Below are positions 40,059 to 53,300 of a DNA stretch of 64,000 bases, one piece after another. Each line of letters begins with the position of its first letter. Position 1 is the first letter of the stretch. Below the pieces are notes generated by a model. The model did no database searches and had not been told where the DNA came from. It worked only from the letters and a program-made list of their open reading frames with translations. Both the position numbers and the translations under genes were made by a program. Source of the stretch: the human T2T-CHM13v2.0 reference genome, Homo sapiens. The stretch lies in NCBI RefSeq assembly GCF_009914755.1, contig NC_060925.1. One strand, written 5' to 3'.

Positions 40059-42640
40059 TGTCCTAGTCCACTTTGTGCTGCCATAACATAATACCTGAGA
40101 CTGGGTAATTTATAATGAATAGAAATTTATTGGCTCATGGTTCTGGAGCCTGGGAAGTCCAAAAGTGAGGGGTCAGCATCTGGCAAGGGCCTTGCTGCTG
40201 CATCCTCCATGGCAGAAGGGCAAAGAGAGAACAAGAGAGAACAAGAGATTGAACTTGCAGCGTTATCCTCTTTTATAATTCATAACTAGCATTAATCTAT
40301 TTATGAATGTGGAGCCCTCATGACCTAAACGCCTCCCATTAGGCCCCACCTCCCAATACTGTTACATTGAGGATTAAGTTTCCAATATATGCTTTTGGGG
40401 GATACATTCAAACCATATCATTTCACATCTGGCCCCCAAGATTTATGTCCTTCTTACATATAAAATATATTCATTCCATCTCATAGCCCCAGAAGTCTTA
40501 ACTCATTCCAACATCAACTCAAAAGTCCAAAGTCAGAGTCTTATCTAAATCAGATACAGGTAAGACTCAAGGCAGGATTCATACTAAGGCAAATTTCCTT
40601 CCAACTGTGAGCCTGTGAAACCAAGAGAGTTACCTACTTCCAAAATAATGGTGAGACAAGCATAGAATAGACATTCCCACTCCAAAAGGGGGAAATAGGC
40701 AAGAAGACAAGGACAACTAGTCCCAAGTAAGTCCAAAACCCCAAAAGACAAATAACATTAAATCTTGGGGCTCCAGAATAATCTTCCTTGATTCCATGTT
40801 CCACCTCTGGGCACACTGACATGGGGGTTGAGTCCACAAGGACTCCAACAGCCCTGCCCCTATAGCTTTACCAAGCTCAGCCCATATAGCAGCTCTTACT
40901 GGCTAAAGTCAGGTATCTGCCACTCTCCCAGGCTGGTGTTGCATGCTGGTAGCTCTACAGTTCTGGAGTTTTGGGGGTGATCCCATCCTCATGACTCCAC
41001 TAAGCATTGCCCTCATGGGACTCCCTGCAGTGACTCCACCCCTGGGATGAGTCTCTGCCTGAGCATCCAGGCTGCCTGAGATATCCTTTGAAACCTACAT
41101 GGAAGAAACTGTGCTCCACAGCTTTTGCATTTGCACACCTGCAGACTTAACACCACATGGATGCTACCCAAGATTTGCTGTTTGCTTCATCTGAAACTGT
41201 GGCCTGAGCCACACCTGACCCCCCTTGAGCCACACCTGGAGTGACCTGGGAGCATTTTGCCAAAATTTCAGGAGCAGAGACTTGAGGCAGCTCTGGACAG
41301 TGAGCCTCAAGGTCCCCAGGGTGCCCTAGGCCTCTTTTTTGGCATACAGTCATACATCACTTAATTCAGGGCTAAGTTCTGAGAAATATTTTATTAGGCA
41401 ATTTTGTCATTGTGTGAACATCATAGAGTGTACTTGCACAGACCGAGATGGTCCAGTTACTACACACCTAGGCTATAAGGTATAGCTTATTTCTCTGCTA
41501 CCACCAGAAGTCATTTGACTTTGGCATTCTGGGCCTCTGGTAGGAAGAACAGCACTAGTAATCTACAAAGTACCTTATGGTTTGTTCTTCCATTGTCTTG
41601 AAGAATAGCCTCTGGCTTCATTTTATGCATACTAATCTTGTTATCAGTCAGTGGCTTGGCCACAGCGTTGGTTTTCTCTCCTGAAAATGCTCTTTCATTC
41701 TCTATCACATGACCAAACTGAGCATCCTTCAAATCCCTAAGTTCTGTTTCCTTTTAATTATAAATTCTCTCTTTAAATCATCTCTCTCATTTTATTGCAT
41801 GCAGTTAAAAGAAGCCATGCAGCTTCTTAAATATTTTGCTTAGAAATTTTTTCCACCAGATACTCTAGTTCATCGCTCTTAAATTCTGCCCTCCATAAAG
41901 CCCTGGGGCATAGACACAATTCAACCAAGTTCTTTGCCACTTCATAACAAGGAAGGCCTTTACTCCAGTTTCCAATACGATATTCCTCTTTTCCATCTGA
42001 GACCTCATCGGAATGGCCTTTGCTGTTCATATTTCTACCAACATTCTGATCATAGCCACTTAAGTAATCTCTAAGAAGTTCCAGATTTTTCTTCCAGTTC
42101 TTCTTTTTTCTGAGTCCTTACCAGAATCCCCTTTAATGCTCCATTCACTGCAATACAGGGTTTTTCTAGCCTGCTCCTCCAAACTCTCCCAGCCTCTGCC
42201 CATTACCCAGCTCCAAAGCCATGTTCACATTTTCAGGTATTTATCATAGCAACACCAACTTCTCCAGTACCAATTTTTTGCCTAGATCCACCTTGTGCTG
42301 CTATAACATAATACCTGAGGCTAGATAATTTATAATGAATAGAAATGTATTGTCTCATGATTCTAGGGGCTGGGAAGTCCAAGACTGAGGGGCCAGCATC
42401 TGGCAAAGCCCTTGCTGCTGCATCGTCCTATGGCAGAAAAGCAAAGAGAGGTCAAGAGAACAAGAGATTGAACTCTCAATCTCAAGCCCTTTTATAGTTT
42501 GTAATCAGCATTAATCCATTCATGAGAGTAGAGCCCTTATTACCTTAATACCTCCCATTAGGCCTTACCTCCCAATACTGTTGCAATGGGGAGTAAATTT
42601 CCAACACATGCTTCTGAGGGAACACATTCAAGCCATAGGA
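40059..42640 (-). mobile_element. Full-length MST-type MaLR provirus: LTR 40059-40420, internal 40421-42278, LTR 42279-42640
   Basis: Two homologous 362-bp LTRs; perfect 5-bp TSD GGTGC (40054-40058, 42641-42645); internal ORF remnant EVSDGKEEYRIGNWSKGLPCYEVAKNLVELCLCPRALW typical of MaLR-int. Confidence 0.93.
41347..41497. mobile_element. Tigger3 (Golem/MER7) terminal fragment inside the MST internal region
   Basis: TA|CAGTCAT...TTCTGAGAAAT...GAACATCATAGAGTGTACTT...ACTACACACCTAGGCTATA. Confidence 0.85.
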
Positions 42641-45160
42641 GGTGCCCATGGCTGAGTCAATCCCTGTGGTTAGAGGGAGAGAATATGCTGATTGGCCTAC
42701 ACCCATCAGGACCCACTGCTGGAGCTGGGATGGGGCCACCTCTCTGTCAAGCCACATGGCTGAGGAGGGAGGTAGAGCAGCTTCCCAAACCTGCCCAAGC
42801 ACCATTCCCAGAAGGAGAGAGTGCAGCCACTGGGCATCCAATGAGTGTCATTACAGGATGTTAAAAAGGCAATTTCAACATAATTGATGCTGCCTACCAA
42901 AGTGAAGAGGCTGAGAACAAATTTCACAATCCTTAGACCTCTCAGCAGGACCTCTGATCAAGATGAAAATATGCAAGAGAGAGTTAAAGAGTGACTAGAG
43001 TTGAAAAACAAAAAGCCAGTGATGGTGGTCTATATTACCTCCTTCACCTGCAGCTATAGAAGTACCATTAATGGGACCCATAGAGGCCCCACAATGTGGC
43101 CCCTGGAGTGGTGGGAACACTTAAACTGATGTCTGACTCCCACACAAACTACTGTGGAATCTCAAGTGAGAGGCAGTGCCTGTCAGCCTGAGAAAGCAAA
43201 ACAGACAGAACAATGTAGGCAGAGATGGGAATCCCTACCTCAGCAGGACAAACTGAGCCCCACTTTCTCAGCAAGGACAGTGCACTGTCCTGCAGCCACC
43301 CAGATTTTCTAAGAAGCAATCTGAACCTGGGCAAAGATATTCCAGTGAGTTGATTCTGCTGTGTGGCAGATAGTGCTGCAAAACTGGAGGTTAAGGGGTC
43401 TTCATGAGGCTGGAAGAAGGTGTCCAGAGAGGAAGCCTCAGCCTACAGACCTATGTCTGCTTCCTGGAGACACTCCCTCTTCCTCCTACCCCACCTTCTA
43501 CCAGTCAAACCCTGAAAGGGTCAGAAACCTCGGAAACTCCCAGGTCAGCTGGCAGAGAAGGAGAAACACTGGGCTGGGAAGCCAAAGACCCCGCTGCTTC
43601 TCCACTGTAAAGGACCCCTTTAGCTGGCATTAAAACAAGTCCAGAATTTTTATTATCTAGGAATAGACCATTTTAATTACTGAATTGAGACTATTTGCGG
43701 TTTAAAGTGACCAGAGATCTTTTTATTACCTTAAAGCCGGGAGAAAATTATGGGGCCTGCCTGACACAGACATTTCATCCTCAGGCAAGGGAAAAAATGG
43801 GCCTCACTGAATAAATTTTAAAAGAAGAATGGGAGCAAAAATAAAACTGTTCTTCGGTCGTATCTTCAGGTTGCGCTCACTCAATGAGCAGGCTCCATGT
43901 CCTTTAATGGAGCCCACGGAAGAGACTCCAGCAGGACTGTGAGCACAGATGACAGACTGGGGGGCAACCCCACTGCCTCCCACCCAGGGAGGCTGAGTCT
44001 GATTCAAGGGCTGCAGAAACTCCTGCAGTGGCAATCAGAGCAGGACTGGGGTTCAGGGAACAACCCCCAGTGCAAGGTCAGGTAAGAGCAGGGGTAGAGG
44101 CCCAGCAGGCAGCAGCGATTGCAGACAAATGTCCCCTAGCAGAGAATAGTGCCCCGGCAGAATAATTTAAAGACCACCCTGGGACATGCCTAGGGAACTC
44201 TAATTTCCCATCTCCCCACAGGGCCTCATCTAGATTACCAGGTTAACACTGTGATTGTTTACTTTCTGCCCTGATTTTCTTGGCCTCTATCCCAAAGCAC
44301 TGCGATCCAGGAAGCAAAAGTTACAAAAAGTGCTGGTAGACTAGAGGTTGAAGGATCCTTGCTGAGGCCCTCATTTCCCCTTTCTCCAAACAAAATCACA
44401 CGCAGGTACCTGGTTCCTCTCTCACCTCCATGAAGACCCTCAAGGGCATGGCATGCTGCTCCTAAACGCTCTCCACTGCCTTCCTGTTTATTGTTCTGCT
44501 TTGGCCATTAATGGGGCAAACAGCAAATGAAACTGTAATAATCAGTCCAGTCTTAATAAAACTAAGGCAATAAAGGGCTCACAGAGCCATCTCCCGTTCT
44601 GACAAGTGTATGCTAATTGCATTCTGTCTCCTTGCAAATTACAGCTGTTCCTCGGGTTTTTAAAAATTTGACATTTCATTTTGATTGCAGTGGCTTTATG
44701 TTTTCTCTAGCACTGGGAAAGGGGAGGGGGCTGGTAGGGCTGAGCACAGACGCTGACCTCATAAGGGGAGTGCAGATGCTGCTATAGGCTCAAGGCCTTT
44801 GGGAAGAGTTATATTTTTGAACTTACAGCAACAAGTTTGAACCTAGATGATACACAGGGCATTTCTGCTTCTGGCAGATTTAGACGAAGTGGATCCAAAT
44901 CCTCAAATTTCATACCTCACGTGGATCCAGGGCCCTTTCTGTGATTTCCCCAAATTCCTGACTGTACTTCTCTCTGGAGCCCTCTAGTTTTGTGCCTCTG
45001 GCTGAGTGAATCATTCTGACTTGTTTGCACATTAACTGGTACACATAGCTCAAGAAATCCAATCGCAGTTGTGATCACATGAGGTCACCGCCTTGTCTGA
45101 GGTCTTGAAGAGTTACAGCAGGATTTCCATCTGGTGTAACATTCTGCCACGTCTGTAGTT

Positions 45161-45785
<625 letters not shown>

Positions 45786-46249
45786 TCTAGTGCACTCCCT
45801 CAAGCCCTGCTTTCATTCAAACCTGCTGCTCCTGCCAAGAGACCTTGACCTAAACATGCAGCCCCACTGGGAGGGATGGTCCAGTTAGCCCTGTTCCAAT
45901 TGCCTCTCGAATCAAGAGCCCTGTGAGGCTGCTCTGCCTTCCACAGCCTTCCTGGAAGTCTGGCAAATTAACTATTTCTCCATCTCAGTATTAAGCTGTC
46001 CCAAATCTTGCAAAACAACTCACCAAGACTCGTGACATTCTTGGGAAGGAATGCACCACATTCTTGAGATCATGCCTAAATCCTTCTTCATGGCAAAGTT
46101 TAGCGTGAAGGGCAAGTTTGTTACTGCCCATTTTACAGGGGCAAAATTGAGACTCTGAAGACAGATGGTAGAGATTCTTTTAGAACCCTCTAATCTGTGA
46201 TTTCTTAACATCCACACCACAAAGCCTCTTGAAGTCAGTTTGAAATATT

Positions 46250-46370
46250 CTCTCTCCCTTCCCCCATGCTTTTGCTTTTTCCCCATCTCCTCTTCTCTCT
46301 TCTCCTTCCTTTCTTCTTGCCCCCTCGCCTTCTTCCCTTTTGTTCTCTTTCCCTCATGACCTTCCTCTAA
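46250..46370. repeat. Polypyrimidine (CT-rich) tract
   Basis: Read directly. Confidence 0.8.
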
Positions 46371-47114
46371 ACTGGTTAAGGTGCTACCATTTGTATCTTT
46401 GTCATGCTTTCCCTGGAAATAAGAGTGAAATTCAATAAATGCAAATGGCAGAGAAATCCGGACAATGATGCTTCGACAGAATCAGGGGGCCGGCCCTGTC
46501 AACATCATTGCATAGCTGATTCTGGGAAGAACCATAGCCCTGATATGAATTCCTCAGCTCCCTAAGTCCCCAGCTCTCAGTGGAAATGCAAACTGCCACT
46601 CTCCAATCTCCACTCAGCCAGCAGCCATGAGGTTTATCTGCCCCCCTCTAATCCCCTTAATTTTTCCCACTGGCCCTATTTCCACCTCGTGCCTGAGCAG
46701 AGGTTTCCCACTAATGTTGCAGATAACTCACCCTTTCATTGAGTCCTCTGAGTTGGGATCTGAGGAGAGAAAGGTAAGTAAGATCCAATCTTTGCCCGAA
46801 AGGAGTGAACAGGCCAGTGAAGAGACAGATGCACCATCAGATATAGATGGTGCGGTGGGATCCATGAGTGAATAGAAGCCTGGATCGATGGTCACAGGAA
46901 AGTGGACTTGGCTCTTCAGTTTTGTTTTTTTTTTTAATTCTATGTCTGCTGGAGGACTGATGGAGGGGGGTGAGAGAGTAAGACAGGCAAACAGAAGATT
47001 AGGAATTAACTGAGGAATTAACCGGGTTACTTGAGAGGACTCAGGAGCCCAAACTGCAAAGTTAAGGTTACCACAGACTCCAAACTACAGTAATATCTCA
47101 GGTGCCTGAAAGTG

Positions 47115-47143
47115 TTTTTTTTTTGTTTGTTTTTTTGTTTTTT

Positions 47144-47180
<37 letters not shown>
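47115..47180. repeat. T-rich tract followed by a (TG)~16 microsatellite
   Basis: Read directly. Confidence 0.95.
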
Positions 47181-47182
<2 letters not shown>

Positions 47183-47244
47183 GAGGGGCAGGTGGCAGAG
47201 TGAAATAGAGACAGGACTATCTAGGCTGTTTTGTGGAGGCTATA

Positions 47245-47480
47245 TGGGGTCATGGCTAAGGACATTGGCCATGGAGTTAGAAGAACCCGGATTTATAAAC
47301 CAGCTCTGTCACTTACCAATCTGTATGACTTTGGACAAGTCTTTTAAGCTCAATTGTACAATGGGAACAAGGATAGTACCTACTCATAGAGTTATGATGG
47401 TTATGTAAATTAATATATATGAAGTTCTTAGGAAAGTGGCTAAAATGTAAGAGGCAGTAAATCTATAAATGTTAGCTGAA
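47245..47480 (+). mobile_element. MIR (source of the inverted 104-bp copy)
   Basis: CCAGCTCTGTCACTTACC...TATGACTTTGGACAAGT...ATAGTACCTACTCATAGAGTT...ATAAATGTTAGCTG. Confidence 0.85.
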
Positions 47481-48491
47481 ATGATTCATGTACAGCATTT
47501 AGCATAGTGCCTAAAGCATGGTGGCTCACCCATTGGAGGAAAGGAGCTTCAGCTCAATCCAGGGGCTCAGGTCCTCAGGGACAACAGACACCAGGTGTGA
47601 TAGGACCAGGTTTCCAGACCCCCTTCATCCCACTCACCAAGCAGAAAGGGGCTCTAAATACACTAACAGGCAGGACTGTAGGATTTGGGGATGGCGTTTG
47701 GAGGTGCATGTTAGGTGGTGACAGCTGAGGTAGGCTGCAAGTGGCTAAGTCTGTCTCTGGACATCCGTCATCAGTGGTCACCCTGTGATGAGGCCCATAA
47801 CCAGGCCTGGGCACATTAGGGCAGCCTTCACCAAGGACGCAACATTTCGGTTACATGTGAGAAGATAAGTAGGCGTTTTCCAAGATTATGTATGAAACAA
47901 GTCACATAAATGTCATTCCTACCACACTTCTTGAAATAGCTTCGCATAACTTTCTAAAATACTGATTCATGCTTTTTAAGGTTGAGCTTTATTATTACAT
48001 TGTTGAAATCTAGTTTATTAACAAAGCTAAAGCTGATTGGTAATAAGTGAGGAACACTAGTCTTATAAGTGAAGACATTTAGACCTGGAGACAGATACGT
48101 ATAAATTATTTTATAGTCTCGATCAGAAACTCTGATACATATGTATAGCTGCAGTTTACAAGTCATTTCTAGCTCATTTAATCCTCAAAAACACCCTCTG
48201 AAGTGGGTATCAGTACCCTCATGTTACACCTGTGGCAACAGGGAGCTCAGTTCTTTGCAGCTTCTGCCTGGGGCCATGAAATTCTTCTATGGACTTTTGG
48301 GCAAATGAGTAACAAGCCACCCATGCTCCCTCAGTTGGCTCCTTGCTACTTTAGGTAGTGACTGACAACCAGCCAGTTGGAGCTTGCTATGCTATTGTGA
48401 CCAACATCAAGGCACAGCCAAAGAGCCCCTCTAATAAGTCTTGTTCTAAATTATTAGGGTCTCTGTTATACGGAGAATGGACAAAGCGCTT

Positions 48492-48889
48492 TGGAGTGGT
48501 CATTTTATGTGTCAACTTGGCTAGGCTGCAGTCCCCAGTAACTCCATCAAGCACAAATCTAGGTGGATATTTTGTAGATGTGTAGTCCATAATCAGTGGA
48601 CTCAAAGTAAGGTAAATCACCCTAGATATTGGTGTAGGCCTGATTTGATCAGTTGAAAGGCCTTGAGAACAGAGCTGAGGCTTCCCTGAGGAAGACAAAT
48701 GTCTATCTGTGGGCAGCAGCTCCACCCCACACCTAGGAGTTCCAGCCTGTCCTTTCCAGTGGTCTGCCCTGCAGGTTTTGGGCTTACCTAGCCAGCCCCC
48801 AACAGTCATGTCGGCCAATTCTTTGCAATAAATCTCTTACATACATCTTCTACCAGTTCTGTTTTTCTCTTCAAGCCCTGACCGATGCA
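48492..48889 (+). mobile_element. MLT2D-type ERVL LTR
   Basis: GTGGTCATTTTATGTGTCAACTTGGCTAGGCT...GCCAATTCTTTGCAATAAATCTC...CCCTGACCGATGCA. Confidence 0.85.
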
Positions 48890-49005
48890 CACCTTTTCCC
48901 AAGCATCATCTCTGACTTGGATTTTGCGTAGTCTTCTAACTGGGCCCTTTGCTTTCAACCCTGCTCCTCCAAACCATCCTTCAACCCTGCTCCCCCAAAT
49001 CATCC

Positions 49006-49109
49006 TGAGTAGGTACTACCCTTGTTCCCATTGTACAACTGAGCTTAAAGGACTTGTCTAAAGTCATACAGATTGGTAAGTGACAGAGCTGGTTTATAAA
49101 TCCAGGTTC
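49006..49109 (-). repeat. Inverted 104-bp copy of 47283-47386
   Basis: Reverse complement aligns ungapped at 99/104. Confidence 0.95.
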
Positions 49110-49135
49110 ATCTATTTGGGTTCATTCTATTTGGG

Positions 49136-49466
<331 letters not shown>

Positions 49467-51320
49467 AAGAGGGTTCATTCCAAAACACAAATCTGATGTT
49501 TTCTGTTTCCTGTCCTGGGAGTGTCTTAACTCTTACCCTAATCATGGTCAGAGATTACAAGGCCAGTACAGGGAAGACAGAAACCCTATGGCTTGCAGGC
49601 CTTGAGAACTTGTTAATGCTGCATGCTGGTACTTAAAAGTGCTGATTACTAACCCTTCCTCTTTCTGAAAAGGGACACAAATTGCCAAATGGGGAGCCAA
49701 TTATTGGCTTCATTGTGGGCTCTCTAGTAGTAGCTACATTGAAGAAGATGGCTTGGACCTAAGGCCAAAATGAAATGTCTTACTCCCTATCCTGTGAATT
49801 GAAGATAGCCAGGTTCACATCACAGGACCAGCTCCAGAAGGGAAGACGGCATTCTTTGAGGTCAAGATCTGCCCTGGTGAGCTAACAGCATGGAGGAAGA
49901 AGAGAGGGGGCCTGGCTCTTCTCATCTCTCTTTGAGATAGGCTGTGTCTGTGTGAGAGATCGCGGCATGAAAGAGAGACCAGCACTGCCGTGTGATCCTG
50001 CTCCCTAGAACCCTGGCCAACAGTGTCAAGCTCACCAACAGAAAGAATACAGGTACCAGAGGAAGTGAGCACAGTGATGTAGGCAAGAGGGAGGTTATCA
50101 GTGTTTTCTCCAACATGTGTCCCTCTTGGGAACCAGAACTGAAGTCTTCTTTCATCTGTACAAGCAGGAGAGAGAGTGCTAAGGGTTCTCCCCAGTGGGG
50201 GCACCGTCTGTGAAAACTCCTCTGTAGCAGTGCAATGTTTCAAACATGGTTCCAAGGACTCAACTTTGACAAAGGTATTTTAGACTAAGCCCTTCCCACA
50301 TTGCAACTCCTTCCACAGCTCCCTCCCTGCCCAGCCTCCTCTCTTTATGTTGACGAGGGAATTATCTAGAGAGATGGGAGATGGGAACTTGAAAACGCAG
50401 CTGTACACCCTCTTCAGAGACATTTGTCCTCAGAAGTCTCATCACAAAATCATATTGCCCTCCTTCGGTCTTGTGGCAACTTGTGATGTACAGCCTTAAT
50501 GAGGGCTCTAAGAACGACCTCTGATACATCCGGGAGCTGCCAAGCTCTCAGCGCCAATGATATCATTTATATATGTTGTCTCCACAGTCCAACAAAAAGC
50601 ATGATTTCATTCACCCAAACTGCCCCAGTCACAACAGCAGGTTTTTAAAATCTTTAAAATAAGAGCAAGTACTGGATATTGCAGAGTTATAAAAAGCATT
50701 ATCCAGGGAAACAAAGACAATGAAGGCTGAGGCCAGCTGACTGCAGGCCTCTGCTTGGGAAGCTGAGTGCCCGATATAGCTCTCCCCAAATCCTCCCGGG
50801 CATTTCCTTTTAAGCAACCCCAGCACTGTGCTGCTCAGAGACGTCTGCTGCCTGCACATTGCTGGAGGATAAACTCCAAATCGCCAAGTAAGGCTCACAA
50901 GAAGCTTTACACTGAGGCCACCCCTCGCCTGTCTCCCTCCACCACCCACCGCCCTTAGGCTTCCTGGAACACACCTTACATGTTTTATGTCTCCATGGAG
51001 CCTTTGACCCTGGAAGGTCCTTCCCTTCTCTGCCTCATTGCCTACTTCTTCATTAAACCCCATCCCAAAATTCTTCTCCTCTGGGAAGAATCTCCAAAGT
51101 TCTGTGGCATCCCTGAGTGCTGCTCACCAGATTTTTCATTTTCCCCATGTGCTGGGCACACTATAGGATTGCATGTTCAAGCCCTGATGTAAGTCATAGG
51201 TGAGAGTGACAGTTGTCAGTTCTGGGCCTGAGCATTTGCTCGCCCATATGAGGCTCTCTAGAATTCTCTTTCCCCCTGGCATGGTGACTAGCAACAGCCA
51301 AATGCCAGCTGCTCTTTTAA

Positions 51321-51691
<371 letters not shown>

Positions 51692-52402
51692 AAAACCTTG
51701 GTTTTAAACCTTAAAAGTTGAGGTGGTTTGTTGCTGCAGCAGAACCTAGCCCATGCTAGGACTCCCTGTGTGGACTTCCTGCCCAAGCTGCCTGGTCTTG
51801 CTTTCTCTAGGTTCAAACAGCACTCTGTCTTTCATCCCATCTCAGCGTGCTGTGTTTAGGTATCTATATGTGTGGACCCTGTCCTCAACCAGACTAGCAC
51901 CAGTTCCAGGACATGCATTTGTGCATCCCATTGTTCAGCCCAGGGTCTGCTACATAGCAGGCATCGATACACAATCGTTGTGTTGTTATTGGCTTGGTTT
52001 TTTCTCCTCTTCCCTGTTGTGCAGGTGAGAAATGGCCTTGATGGTTTCCCATTACTCTTGCCTGCTTTCTCCTGCTGCTCAGGTTACCAGAATTGATTTC
52101 ACTTTTCCTGTTGCTAGTTCAATGGGGGGTCAAGGAGTCAAACTTGTTCTGGTTCATACATTCTCATCACCCATAAAACTCCCAAAGATCTGGCTCCTGA
52201 ACAGTTGTTGTAAGTGAGGGATAGGGCCACTGGGACTACCCATAACTCTGCAGTGGCATTGGCAGGCAGCAGGGGTAGCCCAGATGGTTCCCACTCTCCA
52301 AGAAGGAGGGAGGAAGGGAAAGAAGTAGAGGAAGCTCTCGCCTGGATGTCCAGCCTTCTATAGTACCTACCTGCCTCAGCCTCATTGAAGTACAATGATA
52401 AA

Positions 52403-52404
<2 letters not shown>

Positions 52405-52455
<51 letters not shown>
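52405..52455. repeat. (CA)n microsatellite
   Basis: About 19 uninterrupted AC units, then degenerate. Confidence 0.97.
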
Positions 52456-52989
52456 TGCATGAAGGCTCCATCCCATGGCCCTGGGCCAATTGAACTTGGA
52501 CTTGAAGCTGACTCCTCCCAGCTTCATCAGCTGGATTCTAACCCCTGGCTCCACTTCATGCCAGTCCTTTCTTCCTCCTAGAGGGTGGTGCGGTGTTGGC
52601 AGGCAAGGCTAATAAGGTGTGGCCCTGTCACACACAGCCTGAGCTGTGGGTCTTGGAGAAGAGGCTGACAGAGTGCAGCCTTGTACACTGTAGACTCTGT
52701 CTTTAGAAAAGCAGCCAACAGTGTAACCTACTGCAGCCTAAGCTCTCAAAAGGTCTGTCAAACTCTTAGGTTTCCATGTATTTTGAAGTCCACTGGTTCA
52801 GGTCAGTAACTCATATATGGGGTCTGATAAGATGTGATGTAATAATCCCAAAGGCAGAGGGAGTTCACTCTGAGCTCTTATCACAGCAGCACATATATCA
52901 TTCATGTAGCAAACCATATAAGTGTTTGGAATCGTTTTGAAGCTACACAACACCACAGCTTTGGAAAGCGTGTGCACGATTAGGCTTGT

Positions 52990-53300
52990 CGTCTTGCACT
53001 TTGCCACTCCCATGAGAATAGCAGGCCTCGGCTGGCCCATTAGTCCCAAGAGGAAAACGAGAGAAGTGTGAAGCTGAGTTGCCACCAACAGAGTCCAACC
53101 TAGATCAGACAGTCCCCAGCCAGCCAGATGCAAGAGTGAGCCTTGATGAAACCAACAGAACCAACTGGCTAAGCCCATCCATATCAGCCAATTCCAGTTA
53201 GCCAATAGGTGCACAGGCTACATAAATACTTGTCATATGACACTGAGATTGTCTGGGTGTTTGTTATGCAGTATTTTTGTAACATTGGTAAGCTGATACT
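52990..53300 (+). mobile_element. MLT1H/I-type LTR 3' part
   Basis: CACTCCATGAGAATAGCAGGCC...ACTGAGATTGTCTGGGTGTTTGTTATGCAG...AGCTGATAC. Confidence 0.6.

Noticed and set aside
48387-48818. 143-aa ORF
   Set aside because: Mostly antisense to an MLT2 LTR; chance ORF
52138-52554. Cys/Val-repeat ORFs (also 47112-47408)
   Set aside because: Translation of (CA)/(TG) microsatellites
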